Below are positions 47,984-58,140 of a stretch of 64,000 nucleotides of DNA, piece after piece; the first letter of the stretch is position 1, and every line of letters begins with the position of its first letter. The DNA lies in the NCBI GenBank assembly GCA_963784355.1, contig CAWAQU010000012.1, positions 32,001 to 96,000 on the forward strand, read 5' to 3'. The DNA is from an uncultured bacterium. Its GTDB lineage: Bacteria > Patescibacteriota > JACMRA01. The notes below the pieces were generated by a model, which saw only the letters and a list, made by a program, of their open reading frames with translations, searched no databases and was not told the DNA's origin. Both the position numbers and the translations under genes were made by a program.

Positions 47984-50830
47984 ATGTTACTTGCCAGAAC
48001 TTACTCCCATCACTCACTTCTATCAGCCGTACCTAAAATCAAAGATTTGATTAAAAATGCTAAAGCTAAGGGCTATACAAGTGTGGCTCTAACTGATGAA
48101 GAGACCGGTTCAGGGTTGATAGAGTTTTATGATACATGTAAAGCATTGGAAGTCAAACCCGTTCTTGGAGTAACTTTAAAAATGCCAAATATTTCCGGAG
48201 GTGAGATTTCTTTTGGAAGTAATAAACATTTTAGTAAAGTTGGAATTTTAGCAAAAGACGAGTCGGGTTACAAAGCACTACTGGAATTGATTAGTATTGC
48301 GAGAACTGTGCAAGAAACACCTACATATCATATTAGTTTGGAAAATATAGCAGAACAAATCAAGAAAAATAGACACTTATTTGTAGTACTTGCTGGGAAT
48401 GATCATGAGATAATTAGCAGTATTAAAAATAACGATTTAAAAGCTACAGAAAAAATTCTAAATAGTTACATAGATTGTGTTGGCAAAGAAAATATTTTGG
48501 TAGAATTAGCTTTTGCTTTGAGAGATCAAGCTATTGAAGAAGTTAAAGATATAAATATTAAATTAAGCAGTTTGTGTGATAAACATAATGTAAGATATAT
48601 AATTTCTCCGGCACCTAGGTATCTCGAACCTGAAGATGAAGAAATTTTTCGTACAGTGTTAGCCATCAGAAATCAAAAAAGACTAAATGATATTAGTTTA
48701 ACTAGAGATTTTTATATTCCCAGCCTTGAAGAATTGCAAAAAACTTATGAGTACTTACCTAACATTACCGACACTTCTAGTATTGAGGAGGAGATAAATA
48801 TTGATATTCGTGTAGACTATGCCTCTAAAGCGTCCGAAGCATTTTTTCCTCCTGTAGATTTACCTAAAGGACAGACTGACACAAATAAATTAAAGTGGCA
48901 GAGTTACATTGGTTTAATGCATAAGTTTGATCCTGAGAAACCCGATTATGACGAATGTGTGGCTAGATTTCCTTTTGAAAAATTGTCTGAATTGATTGAG
49001 CACTGCAGACAAATTAATCTTGATCCTAAAGTTTTAACTAGCTATCCTAAAGAATATTTCATAAAGTACACAATACAAAATTATTTTGATCAGATTGAAA
49101 AAGAACTACAGATTTTGGAAGATAAGGGTTTTTCCAGATATATTTTAGTAATTGCCGATTTAGCCCAATTTTGCCGTAAGAACAGCATTGTGGCTAGTGC
49201 TAGGGGCTCCGGAGTTGGGTCTTTGATTGGGTATTTAAATGACATTTCTACCCTGGATACTGTTTACTATAAAATTCCATTTGAAAGATTTTTAAATCCT
49301 TTGAGGCCTTCTGCACCCGATATTGATTTGGATGTAGCTGACGATCAGCGCGAGACAGTAATTAGATATTTAATTGAAAAGTATGGGAATGATAGAGTTT
49401 GCCAGATAATTACCTTTGGAGGAATGCTTCCAAGGGCCTGTATTAGAGATGTAGGTAGAGTCCTGGGCGTGTCGTATCGTAAGTGTGATCAGATTGCCAA
49501 ACTCGTGCCAAAACCTCCTTTTGGTAAAAAAGCTAGTTTTGAATTTGCCTTCATTACCTCGGCTGAATTTAGAGATTTGTATGAAAAAGACCAAGAGGCT
49601 CAAAGAATTATTGATATTGCAAAAAAGCTTGAAGGTAATTACCGCCACGCTTCAGTACATGCTGCAGCCGTGCTTGTAACACCAACCCCAACAACTGATT
49701 ACACACCGGTTCAATGGGATTCAGAACATAACATGTTGATTTCCCAATATGATTGGCATGATGCGGAAAAAGTGGGAATTTTACCATGTAAGATTGATGT
49801 TTTGGGTATTACAAATTATTCAATTTTAGGAAATAGTATTAAAATTGCCGATAGTAGGAAAAATATAAATATAGATTTATTTAGTCTGAATTTAAATGAT
49901 AAAAAAGTTTATGATTTACTTACTAAAGGTAGAACTATGGGAGTATTTCAACTATCCTCGGCAGCAATGACAAAGTATTTAACAGAACTAAAGCCCACAA
50001 AAGTGGAAGATTTAATGGCCATGGTAGCGCTGTATCGTCCGGGTCCTATGGCCAACATTCCCGAATTCATTAAGCGAAAAAATAATGCTAAGTATGTGAG
50101 TTATTATGTACCTGAAATGCAAGAGTGGATGGAAGGGACTTATGGTATATTGGTTTATCAGGAGGACATTATGTATACCTTCGTAAATTTGGCGGGTTAT
50201 ACATTCGGTGAGGCTGACAATGTACGTAGGGCCATGGGTAAAAAGATAAAATCGGTGCTTGATGCGGAATACCCGAAATTTTTGGAAGGATGTAAAAAAA
50301 GAAATATTGATGAAGAGAAAGTGAAAAACTTATGGGATTTGATTATTCCGTTTGCTGACTATAGTTTTAATAAAGCTCACTCAGGTGCTTATGGAATTGC
50401 AGCTTATTGGACGGCCTACATGAAAGCCAATTATCCTGCTGAGTTCATGACCGCACTTATGACTAGTGAAGCCAATGATTTAAATAAAATTGCTGCAGCT
50501 ATACCAGAATGTGAGGAACTTGGACTAAAAGTTTTGCCCCCGGATGTAAATCAATCTTTTGACAATTTTACCATTGAAGATGATACAACAATTCGCTATG
50601 GATTTAGTAGCGTAAAAAACTTAGGTAGTGATGTTATTAAATATATGATTCAAGATAGGGAAACCGGTGGTAAATTTAGCAGTATGGAAGACTTTTTAGA
50701 GAGAGTAAGTAAATTCCAAGGATTTAATAAACGTAGTCTGGAGGCTCTTATTTGGTCAGGTTCTTTGGATAGTTTAGGACAAAAAGTGGTGAGTAAAATG
50801 AAAGATAAGATACACCAGCAGGTTGCATAA
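47984..50830 (+). CDS. dnaE: DNA polymerase III alpha subunit, C-terminally short
   Basis: 'RGSGVGS', 'FERFLNP', 'PDIDLD', 'KIDVLG', 'LYRPGP', 'FNKAH'. Confidence 0.93.
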   Translation: MLLARTYSHHSLLSAVPKIKDLIKNAKAKGYTSVALTDEETGSGLIEFYDTCKALEVKPVLGVTLKMPNISGGEISFGSNKHFSKVGILAKDESGYKALLELISIARTVQETPTYHISLENIAEQIKKNRHLFVVLAGNDHEIISSIKNNDLKATEKILNSYIDCVGKENILVELAFALRDQAIEEVKDINIKLSSLCDKHNVRYIISPAPRYLEPEDEEIFRTVLAIRNQKRLNDISLTRDFYIPSLEELQKTYEYLPNITDTSSIEEEINIDIRVDYASKASEAFFPPVDLPKGQTDTNKLKWQSYIGLMHKFDPEKPDYDECVARFPFEKLSELIEHCRQINLDPKVLTSYPKEYFIKYTIQNYFDQIEKELQILEDKGFSRYILVIADLAQFCRKNSIVASARGSGVGSLIGYLNDISTLDTVYYKIPFERFLNPLRPSAPDIDLDVADDQRETVIRYLIEKYGNDRVCQIITFGGMLPRACIRDVGRVLGVSYRKCDQIAKLVPKPPFGKKASFEFAFITSAEFRDLYEKDQEAQRIIDIAKKLEGNYRHASVHAAAVLVTPTPTTDYTPVQWDSEHNMLISQYDWHDAEKVGILPCKIDVLGITNYSILGNSIKIADSRKNINIDLFSLNLNDKKVYDLLTKGRTMGVFQLSSAAMTKYLTELKPTKVEDLMAMVALYRPGPMANIPEFIKRKNNAKYVSYYVPEMQEWMEGTYGILVYQEDIMYTFVNLAGYTFGEADNVRRAMGKKIKSVLDAEYPKFLEGCKKRNIDEEKVKNLWDLIIPFADYSFNKAHSGAYGIAAYWTAYMKANYPAEFMTALMTSEANDLNKIAAAIPECEELGLKVLPPDVNQSFDNFTIEDDTTIRYGFSSVKNLGSDVIKYMIQDRETGGKFSSMEDFLERVSKFQGFNKRSLEALIWSGSLDSLGQKVVSKMKDKIHQQVA

Positions 50831-50890
50831 TTAAGAAGGAGCTACTTAAAATACCTAGGTCAACTCTCCTACTGTACCAACTGTTCAATT

Positions 50891-52219
50891 TTAACCCTTC
50901 GTAATTAACACTGCGATTCCACCAATCACGAGAATTACTGTTAAGATTACAATTATAATTCTCCAATTATTGTTCTGTACCTGAGGTAAGTTTGCCTCTG
51001 TTTTTTCAGATATTTTAGGGCTGTAAATTACCTCTATTGAATCGGTTGCCTCTGGAGCAAATTTAGTGAAATCTTTGTTTACAAGCTGCACTTTGATTGT
51101 CTTGCGCCCTTTAGTAAGATCAGTTAAACCAAGTTCATTTAAAGAAAATTCAGTTTCAGGAAATATAGTTTTTCTAGGAACTTCATCTACAAATATCTGT
51201 AAATACCCGGTTTTAGGTTCATTTTGCCCTTCTTTTCGCTCGGTCAGAATAGTAAAATTACTAACCTCTAAAATAAATTTTCTATCACCATCTACATTTA
51301 GATCTGTCCTATCTTTCCTTGGCTCGACTATGCTGACTTTAGGAAGACCTACGTTTAAGGAATTGTTATAGTTTGTTTGTATGATAAATTCGGATTGGTA
51401 GGGTAAGATTTCATCTGTAGTTTTTGCCAGCACAAAAATCAACTTAGTTTGAGTGCTATCAGCAACTTTCAGTTTTTCAAAATTTAGATCTTTTGTATTG
51501 AAGCGTACTTCTGATTGTGCGTTACCCAAATCCTTACTGGAGTTGAGATTCAATGCTAGATTGGAGGGTTTTACTTCATTATAGTATACTTGCAGATGGC
51601 CTCGATTTGGCTGGTTGCTTGGCTTACTTTCCAATGCAAAATTATCTAATTTTAAAGTTACATTGTAATCTATATTTTTACCCAATACTATGCCTGTTGA
51701 AGGTTCTAAAACATTAATTTTTGGGGGGTTAACTGTATTTTTATAATTAAAATAAAACAGGACTTTAGCACCTACTTTATTGTTGGAATCTATATATACA
51801 AATAAAATCTTATTTTCTCCATCAGTTAATCTTGAAACAATTTTATCAATCCCAAGTGGGCTGTTTCCGTACTCAGTAATTAGATTTGTATCTTTGGAAT
51901 CGTCGTCTTTATAAATTTTTAGATATCCGGCACCCTTTGAAGGAGTTGTTTTGTATTTTACATTTAAATCTACTCCGGACCATTTGTATTTTATGGCATC
52001 GTTTGCGGTTAAATCTCCACTGTATCTCCAGATATTTGTGCCAGCCTGTTTGGTATTCTCATCTTTTTGATCTTTTACAACCTTAGTTATACCTAAATTA
52101 ATGGTATTTGTGCTGGATTGTTGAGCTAAAGTAGAAATTTGAGAGCCTGTAATCAAAAGAATAACGAGGGAAAAACCTGCCGTTAAAATTTTAGGCAAAA
52201 AATTATGCTTCAAAAACAT
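50891..52219 (-). CDS. Secreted protein with three related beta domains and a C-terminal TM anchor
   Basis: Signal peptide; recurring 'GYLKIYKD/GHLQVYYN/GYLQIFVD'; C-terminal hydrophobic helix. Confidence 0.65.
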   Translation of the reverse strand: MFLKHNFLPKILTAGFSLVILLITGSQISTLAQQSSTNTINLGITKVVKDQKDENTKQAGTNIWRYSGDLTANDAIKYKWSGVDLNVKYKTTPSKGAGYLKIYKDDDSKDTNLITEYGNSPLGIDKIVSRLTDGENKILFVYIDSNNKVGAKVLFYFNYKNTVNPPKINVLEPSTGIVLGKNIDYNVTLKLDNFALESKPSNQPNRGHLQVYYNEVKPSNLALNLNSSKDLGNAQSEVRFNTKDLNFEKLKVADSTQTKLIFVLAKTTDEILPYQSEFIIQTNYNNSLNVGLPKVSIVEPRKDRTDLNVDGDRKFILEVSNFTILTERKEGQNEPKTGYLQIFVDEVPRKTIFPETEFSLNELGLTDLTKGRKTIKVQLVNKDFTKFAPEATDSIEVIYSPKISEKTEANLPQVQNNNWRIIIVILTVILVIGGIAVLITKG

Positions 52220-52354
52220 AAACTAATATATTAAAGCTTGGACTTAAAACTAATTTAGTCAAGTAATGTTAAATTGCTGTAAAGTTATTTGTTGGAACTA
52301 TATTAATTATGATCAGTATTGACTCTTACAATAAATTTTGTATATTGTTATTTT

Positions 52355-55021
52355 ATGGCTGAGATTAAGCAATTAACAAATACTAATTATTATAATCTGA
52401 CAGTACCCCAAGTTATAGATAATTTTGATTCAAGTCCAGATCAAGGATTAAATCAAGAGGAAGCAGATAGAAAGCTAGAACAGTATGGTAGTAACAGTCT
52501 AAGTCTCAAAAAAATAAAAACACCATTTCAAATGGTACTAGATCAGTTAAAAAATCCTTTGATCTTAATTTTATTATTTGTAATTGCTATTAAAACCGTT
52601 AATCTTCTAGCTGATAGTATAAACAAAAGCTTGAGCGTCCAAAGTTTGATAGAGATAATTATGGTAGCTGTGGTTGTCTTGATCAGTATTTGGGTTGGTG
52701 TTTCTCAAGAGCTTAGTGCAGAAAAATCCCTAGAAAAATTACGCTCACAGGTTAAGTTTTTCACTAGAGTATTAAGAAGTGGCAAACTAGAAGAGATAGA
52801 CGCAAATCAAATCGTATATGGTGATATTCTAATATTAGAATCAGGGGATAGGGTACCTGCAGACTGTAGAGTAATAGAGTCTATAAATGGACAGGTAAAT
52901 GAGTCTTTACTTACGGGGGAGTCTGAAGAAGTTGCAAAAACGTCGGATAAAATGGACAGTTTGAAGCCTATACCTGCTGAGCAAAAAAACATGATATTTG
53001 CCGGGACAAGCATGGTAGGAGGAAAAATTAAAGCCGTTGTATGTAAAATTGGACGTGAAACAGAATTTGGTAAAATTTCTCAAGAACTGGAGAATTCTAA
53101 ACCTGAAGATACTAAGTTTCAAAAACAAGTTAAAAGCTTACTAACCAATCTTACTATTTTGTCGGGGGCTGCCTTTATTTTACTTGAGATTTTATATATT
53201 TTTGTGTTGAAATTAGACACACTACGATCAGTTGAAACTGGTTTAGCGCTAGTTATTTCTTTTATTCCTGAGGCTCTATCTGCCGTGACCGTGATCGTAC
53301 TTTCTATTTCAGCTGCAAATTTGGTAAAAAAAGGTATAATTGTAAAAAATTTAGCTTCGGCAGAGGGGATGGGCTCGGTAAACATATTTTTAACGGATAA
53401 AACCGGAACTATTACTCAAGGTAAAATGAGTATTGAGGAGCTTTGGTTTTTGGACGGTCCAGTAAAAAGTATGGATTTTAAGGCGCATGGTACTCGGGAG
53501 TCTAAAATTTTGGAGATATTGCGTTTTTGTAACAATTCAAAAGGTGCGACTGAAGAAGCGTTGACAAATTTTGTTAAACTGCATGGTTTCGAGCCAGAAT
53601 TTTTTAATCGAAAAGCCGAATATAATTACAACTCTACTACTAAAAGAATGACGGTGGTACGTGAAAACAATGGTCAACACTCTGCTTATGTGAAAGGTGC
53701 AGGAGAAGTACTGTTGGAAATGTGCCATTTTTACTATGATCATAAAAGCAATGCAGAAATTAGTTTAAACAAAGAGATCTCAAAGCAAATTTTGAATCAG
53801 ATTGAAGATTATGCTTCTAAAGGATTGAGAGTTTTGCTATTGGCTTACAGAGACTATCATCCCGATCATGAGTTTGGAAATAGGGAAAAAGATGAAGCAA
53901 AATTAGTATTTACAGGTCTGATATGTCTTTTGGATCCTCTTAGAGATGAAGTGTTTGAAACTGTAGAAAAATTTAATTCAGCAGGAATTGACCTGGTAAT
54001 GATAACAGGTGATCATCCTAATATTGCAGGGTATTTAGCTCAAAAAGCCGGTATAATAAAAGAGCAGGGAAACGTTATTACTGGCGCTGAATTGGAAAAT
54101 TATATCACATATGAGATAAAAGATTTACCGAAAGATGTAGTAACAAAGCTTATTAATACTCATGTATTTGCTAGAGTCACTCCAAAACACAAAGAATTTC
54201 TAGTAGAACTTTTTAAAGCAAATGGTAAAATAGTTGCTATGGCCGGAGATGGGGTAAATGATGCTGTAGCTATCAAAAAAGCTAATATCGGAATTGCAGT
54301 TAAAAATGCTGTTGATTGGGTACGTGATATTGCCGGGATTGTTGTGACAGGCGGATTTGATGCACTCATCCAAGCTATTGAAGAAGGTCGCAAAATTATT
54401 TATAGAGCTAGGCTTTTTAGCCACTACCTGTTATCTGGCAATATTTCCCAAGTAGGAATTTTTGTTTTGATATCTTTAACTTCCGGTAATCCACCACTGA
54501 CCTCATTGCAGCTATTGGTTATCAATCTATTAACTGATACCTTGCCGGCATTAGCATTAGCTTACGAGAAAGTTCCGGTAACCATTATGGAAGAAAAGCC
54601 TGAATCCAGTAAAACCAATTTGATAAATAAATCCATTTGGACATCTATAATTATTCAAGGATCCCTTGCAAGCTTGTTTTTGTTTCTAGTATTTGAAACT
54701 TTTGAAAATAAAGGTCTAGTATATGCCCAAACGACTGTATTTCTAGCCTATTTATGTCAAAAACTATATCGTGCTTTTACAGCCAGATCCTTCACTCAGT
54801 CTATATTTGAAATTGGTCTGTTTAGCAACAAAATGACAGTTTATTCTGTGTTTGGAAGCATATTTGTAGCCTTTATGTTGATAGGTCCGCTATCTAATTT
54901 TGTAGGTATGTCTCGGGTGAGTTTAGAGGATTTTAGATTTATAGCATTGTCAGCTTTCAGTATTCCGGTTTTTGAAGAAATTTTTAAGTTTGTTAGAAAA
55001 CAGGTGGCCAAATCAAGATAG
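52355..55021 (+). CDS. P-type (P2-like) cation-transporting ATPase
   Basis: 'LTGES', 'IPEAL', 'DKTGT', 'TGD', 'GDGVND'. Confidence 0.92.
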   Translation: MAEIKQLTNTNYYNLTVPQVIDNFDSSPDQGLNQEEADRKLEQYGSNSLSLKKIKTPFQMVLDQLKNPLILILLFVIAIKTVNLLADSINKSLSVQSLIEIIMVAVVVLISIWVGVSQELSAEKSLEKLRSQVKFFTRVLRSGKLEEIDANQIVYGDILILESGDRVPADCRVIESINGQVNESLLTGESEEVAKTSDKMDSLKPIPAEQKNMIFAGTSMVGGKIKAVVCKIGRETEFGKISQELENSKPEDTKFQKQVKSLLTNLTILSGAAFILLEILYIFVLKLDTLRSVETGLALVISFIPEALSAVTVIVLSISAANLVKKGIIVKNLASAEGMGSVNIFLTDKTGTITQGKMSIEELWFLDGPVKSMDFKAHGTRESKILEILRFCNNSKGATEEALTNFVKLHGFEPEFFNRKAEYNYNSTTKRMTVVRENNGQHSAYVKGAGEVLLEMCHFYYDHKSNAEISLNKEISKQILNQIEDYASKGLRVLLLAYRDYHPDHEFGNREKDEAKLVFTGLICLLDPLRDEVFETVEKFNSAGIDLVMITGDHPNIAGYLAQKAGIIKEQGNVITGAELENYITYEIKDLPKDVVTKLINTHVFARVTPKHKEFLVELFKANGKIVAMAGDGVNDAVAIKKANIGIAVKNAVDWVRDIAGIVVTGGFDALIQAIEEGRKIIYRARLFSHYLLSGNISQVGIFVLISLTSGNPPLTSLQLLVINLLTDTLPALALAYEKVPVTIMEEKPESSKTNLINKSIWTSIIIQGSLASLFLFLVFETFENKGLVYAQTTVFLAYLCQKLYRAFTARSFTQSIFEIGLFSNKMTVYSVFGSIFVAFMLIGPLSNFVGMSRVSLEDFRFIALSAFSIPVFEEIFKFVRKQVAKSR

Positions 55022-55113
55022 TTATTTTTATAGTTGATTGGTATTTAGATCTCAATACTATGCACATTAGTGCTTGACACTCCCAATGAATAGTGCATTA
55101 TTTAGGTATCAAT

Positions 55114-56385
55114 ATGGATTACATTAAAAAGACTGATACCATACATATTTTGTCACAGCCCCTTGATCGAAAAAAAGTTGAGATTGAAGTGATTTATACT
55201 AGTGGCGGAAGTTGGTTTGAAGATGAGGCGGATAGAGGTAAAAAACATCTTTTAGAGCATTGTATTGCTTCCAGAACGAAGGATTTGAGTTTTCAAGAAT
55301 TAAAAGATTACGAATATAGAGAAAATGTTATGCTTAATGCCTATACACAGCCGATTACAATGGGTTTAACAGCCAGCGGACATCATTCTGATTTTCATAA
55401 AATGGTTGATTTGCTTCTAGAAATGGCTTTTAAACCTACTTTTGAGCAGGGTATATTGGATAAGGAAAAAGAAATAGTACTTAGGGAAATCAGCGAAAGG
55501 CGTGGCGAGCCAGGCTATAGACTTCATTTTGATACAATGAAAGAGATTTTTACCGAAAATTCATATTCTAATCATGAGGTTTTAGGAGATAGTGATAGAG
55601 TTGCTGAAACTACGTTAGCTGACTTTACTAAACTGCACCTACAAAACTTGGAAAAAAGTAATATTATTGTAATGATAAGCGGTGGTGGAATTGATCTAAA
55701 CTATTTAAACCAAAAGCTTGATGAATATATCGCTAAGTTGCCTGAATTAAAAAGCGAAAAAGTGAAAACACCCATAAATTTTCAGGCTAAAAATACTTTT
55801 AAAGATTTTACATACTTACCTGTAATTCATGAGCTTGCTCATAGCCATGCTGAACTAAATACCTTTCTTCCTTGCAAAATTGATTTTGAAAATAAGCCGG
55901 TATTACAAGTGTTTGAAAACTTGTTTCTAAAATATGGTGGTGTATTATATGATAGATTGAGAGATGAATTGGGGCTTGTCTATGGACTTCAAAGCAATTT
56001 TGATTACAATTTGCAAGTACTAGATATTTATTTATCTTGTGAAATTCAATATATTGAGACAATTGTAAATGAAATCAAGGCAGTATTTAGTGATTTTGAG
56101 AAACATTTTAATATTACTAAGTTTGATGAGTTCAAAAATATAATAAAGAAAAAACTGGATATTTCCCAAGATACTCTAGGTGCATCTACAAATTTTACTT
56201 TAAGTATGCTTAGAATATATGGAACTCCCGAGAATTATGATGATTACGCAGAAAGATTGCTAAAAGTGACCGAAAAAGACATTAGAGAAGTTTACGACTA
56301 CATCCAAAGTAATCTTAAAAATATCAAAATTGTAGTTGTTAGCAAAGATGCTGAGATCGAAAAAATTAAGGAGATGAAGTTCTAG
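55114..56385 (+). CDS. M16 (insulinase) family zinc peptidase
   Basis: 'HLLEH', 'NAYT', 'EKEIVLRE', 'LRDELGLVY'. Confidence 0.88.
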   Translation: MDYIKKTDTIHILSQPLDRKKVEIEVIYTSGGSWFEDEADRGKKHLLEHCIASRTKDLSFQELKDYEYRENVMLNAYTQPITMGLTASGHHSDFHKMVDLLLEMAFKPTFEQGILDKEKEIVLREISERRGEPGYRLHFDTMKEIFTENSYSNHEVLGDSDRVAETTLADFTKLHLQNLEKSNIIVMISGGGIDLNYLNQKLDEYIAKLPELKSEKVKTPINFQAKNTFKDFTYLPVIHELAHSHAELNTFLPCKIDFENKPVLQVFENLFLKYGGVLYDRLRDELGLVYGLQSNFDYNLQVLDIYLSCEIQYIETIVNEIKAVFSDFEKHFNITKFDEFKNIIKKKLDISQDTLGASTNFTLSMLRIYGTPENYDDYAERLLKVTEKDIREVYDYIQSNLKNIKIVVVSKDAEIEKIKEMKF

Positions 56386-56432
56386 TTTAACTTTGCTGCT
56401 ATAATCGTAATTATTTCTTTATAGTAAATCAA

Positions 56433-58049
56433 CTACTTACTTAACCCCTTCCACCAGATTCCCCAGCCCCAGGCATAATCATCTATTTGCCAGCCTTCTT
56501 TTAGTACTTCTTGTCTAATTTCATCAGCTTTTTGGTAATTCTTTGTTTTCTTTGCAGTCCATCTTTCTTCAGCTAAGTTTAAGATTTCTTCAGGTAGGTT
56601 TAGTTCAAATAAATTTAATTTAAGTAATTTTGAATCAAATTCGGACAGAAGTTTATGGTCTTGGATAGATAAAATATTTTGATTTTGAATACGGTTGACT
56701 ATTGTGTGTAAAAATTCTTGATACTCTTCCAAAAATTTAGGCAGATTTAAATCTTCAGTCAAAATTTCTAACCATCTATTTTTAACGGCTAGATATTTAT
56801 TTTCATTCATGCTTTCCAGCTCCGGTGACTGAGCAAAAGATCGAATTTTGGCTATCTCTTTTCTAATATTAAAAAGCCTATTTTGAGATTGTTCCAATTT
56901 TTCCCATGTAAAATTCATTTGCTCATTATAGTGGTGTTCTAAAAGCATTAGGCGATATGCTAGCGGATCAAAACCTTTTTCTATTAAATCAAATACAGTA
57001 TAGGTTGTACCGGAACTTTTGCTCATTTTAGCACCGTCAATTAGTACATGTTTCCAATGTAGCCAGTTTTTCGATAAATGATATCCTAAGGCCTCAGTCT
57101 GTAAAATTTCATTTTTGTGGTGCATGGAAATGTGCTCTTCACCTCCTGAGTGCACGTCAATCAAGTAAGGTTTTTCACTAAAATTTTTGCTACCACCATT
57201 AAAATGTATTTTAGTATTGGTCAAAATATCAAAAATCATTGCTACACACTCACTGTGCCATCCAGGACAGCCCCATTTTAATTCAAATTCATCATTTCTG
57301 TACTCTTCTGAATTTTTTACATCAATTATCAAATTAAATATTTCTTGGCTAAAACTTGAGCTATCCGAACTTGTATAATCGTCAAATTTCCATTTTTGTA
57401 AACTACTTTCATCTACAAATTTCCAAAGTGCAAAGTCAGCTGGATTTTTGTCGGTATTCTTTATTTCTCTACCTGTAAAATCATTATTACCTCCAGATTT
57501 GGACATTCCCGCAAATTTCTCGAGCTGCTCAATATCTGATTTATTTGCATTATGATCAAAATAAATTCCATCTTCAAGTATGTAAGCTTTTCCCATTTTT
57601 ATCAAAGTTAGAGCTAAAATCATCTGCTGCTCTATAAATTCCGTAGCTTTTGGTCTAAATTTTCCTGAAGGTAGAGTAATATTTAATTGTTTTGCTTGGT
57701 CCAAATAATTATTTAAGTAAAAATTTACAATTTCCTCTACAGTTTTCCCTTCCCTTTTAGCTCCTTTTTCAATCTTATCCTCGCCATAATCACCATCACC
57801 AACTAAGTGACCCACATCAGTAATATTATGTACAAGTTCTACCTTCCAGCCTGCAAGTTCTGCCACACTTTTAAAAGTATCTGGAAACCAGGCAGCTCGC
57901 ATATTTCCTATTTGTTGGGTACTGTAAACAGTTGGCCCACAGGAATACATTTTAATTACTCCTGGCACCACTGTATTTTCCGGTGAAAGAACGACATCTT
58001 TTTTTTGATATGAGTCAAAGAAGCTTATTGGGTAGATATTTTGTTCCAT
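56433..58049 (-). CDS. cysS: Cysteine-tRNA ligase
   Basis: 'YSCGPTVY', 'NITDVGH', 'DFALWK', 'PGWHSEC', 'KMSKS'. Confidence 0.95.
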   Translation of the reverse strand: MEQNIYPISFFDSYQKKDVVLSPENTVVPGVIKMYSCGPTVYSTQQIGNMRAAWFPDTFKSVAELAGWKVELVHNITDVGHLVGDGDYGEDKIEKGAKREGKTVEEIVNFYLNNYLDQAKQLNITLPSGKFRPKATEFIEQQMILALTLIKMGKAYILEDGIYFDHNANKSDIEQLEKFAGMSKSGGNNDFTGREIKNTDKNPADFALWKFVDESSLQKWKFDDYTSSDSSSFSQEIFNLIIDVKNSEEYRNDEFELKWGCPGWHSECVAMIFDILTNTKIHFNGGSKNFSEKPYLIDVHSGGEEHISMHHKNEILQTEALGYHLSKNWLHWKHVLIDGAKMSKSSGTTYTVFDLIEKGFDPLAYRLMLLEHHYNEQMNFTWEKLEQSQNRLFNIRKEIAKIRSFAQSPELESMNENKYLAVKNRWLEILTEDLNLPKFLEEYQEFLHTIVNRIQNQNILSIQDHKLLSEFDSKLLKLNLFELNLPEEILNLAEERWTAKKTKNYQKADEIRQEVLKEGWQIDDYAWGWGIWWKGLSK

Positions 58050-58140
58050 ATTTTTGTGGTATAATTGCTCAGATTAAGTCGGAAAATCCTAATTTTGTAA
58101 AGGTTAAAATTTCAGTGAAATTATTTTTCTTAAATTGCTT

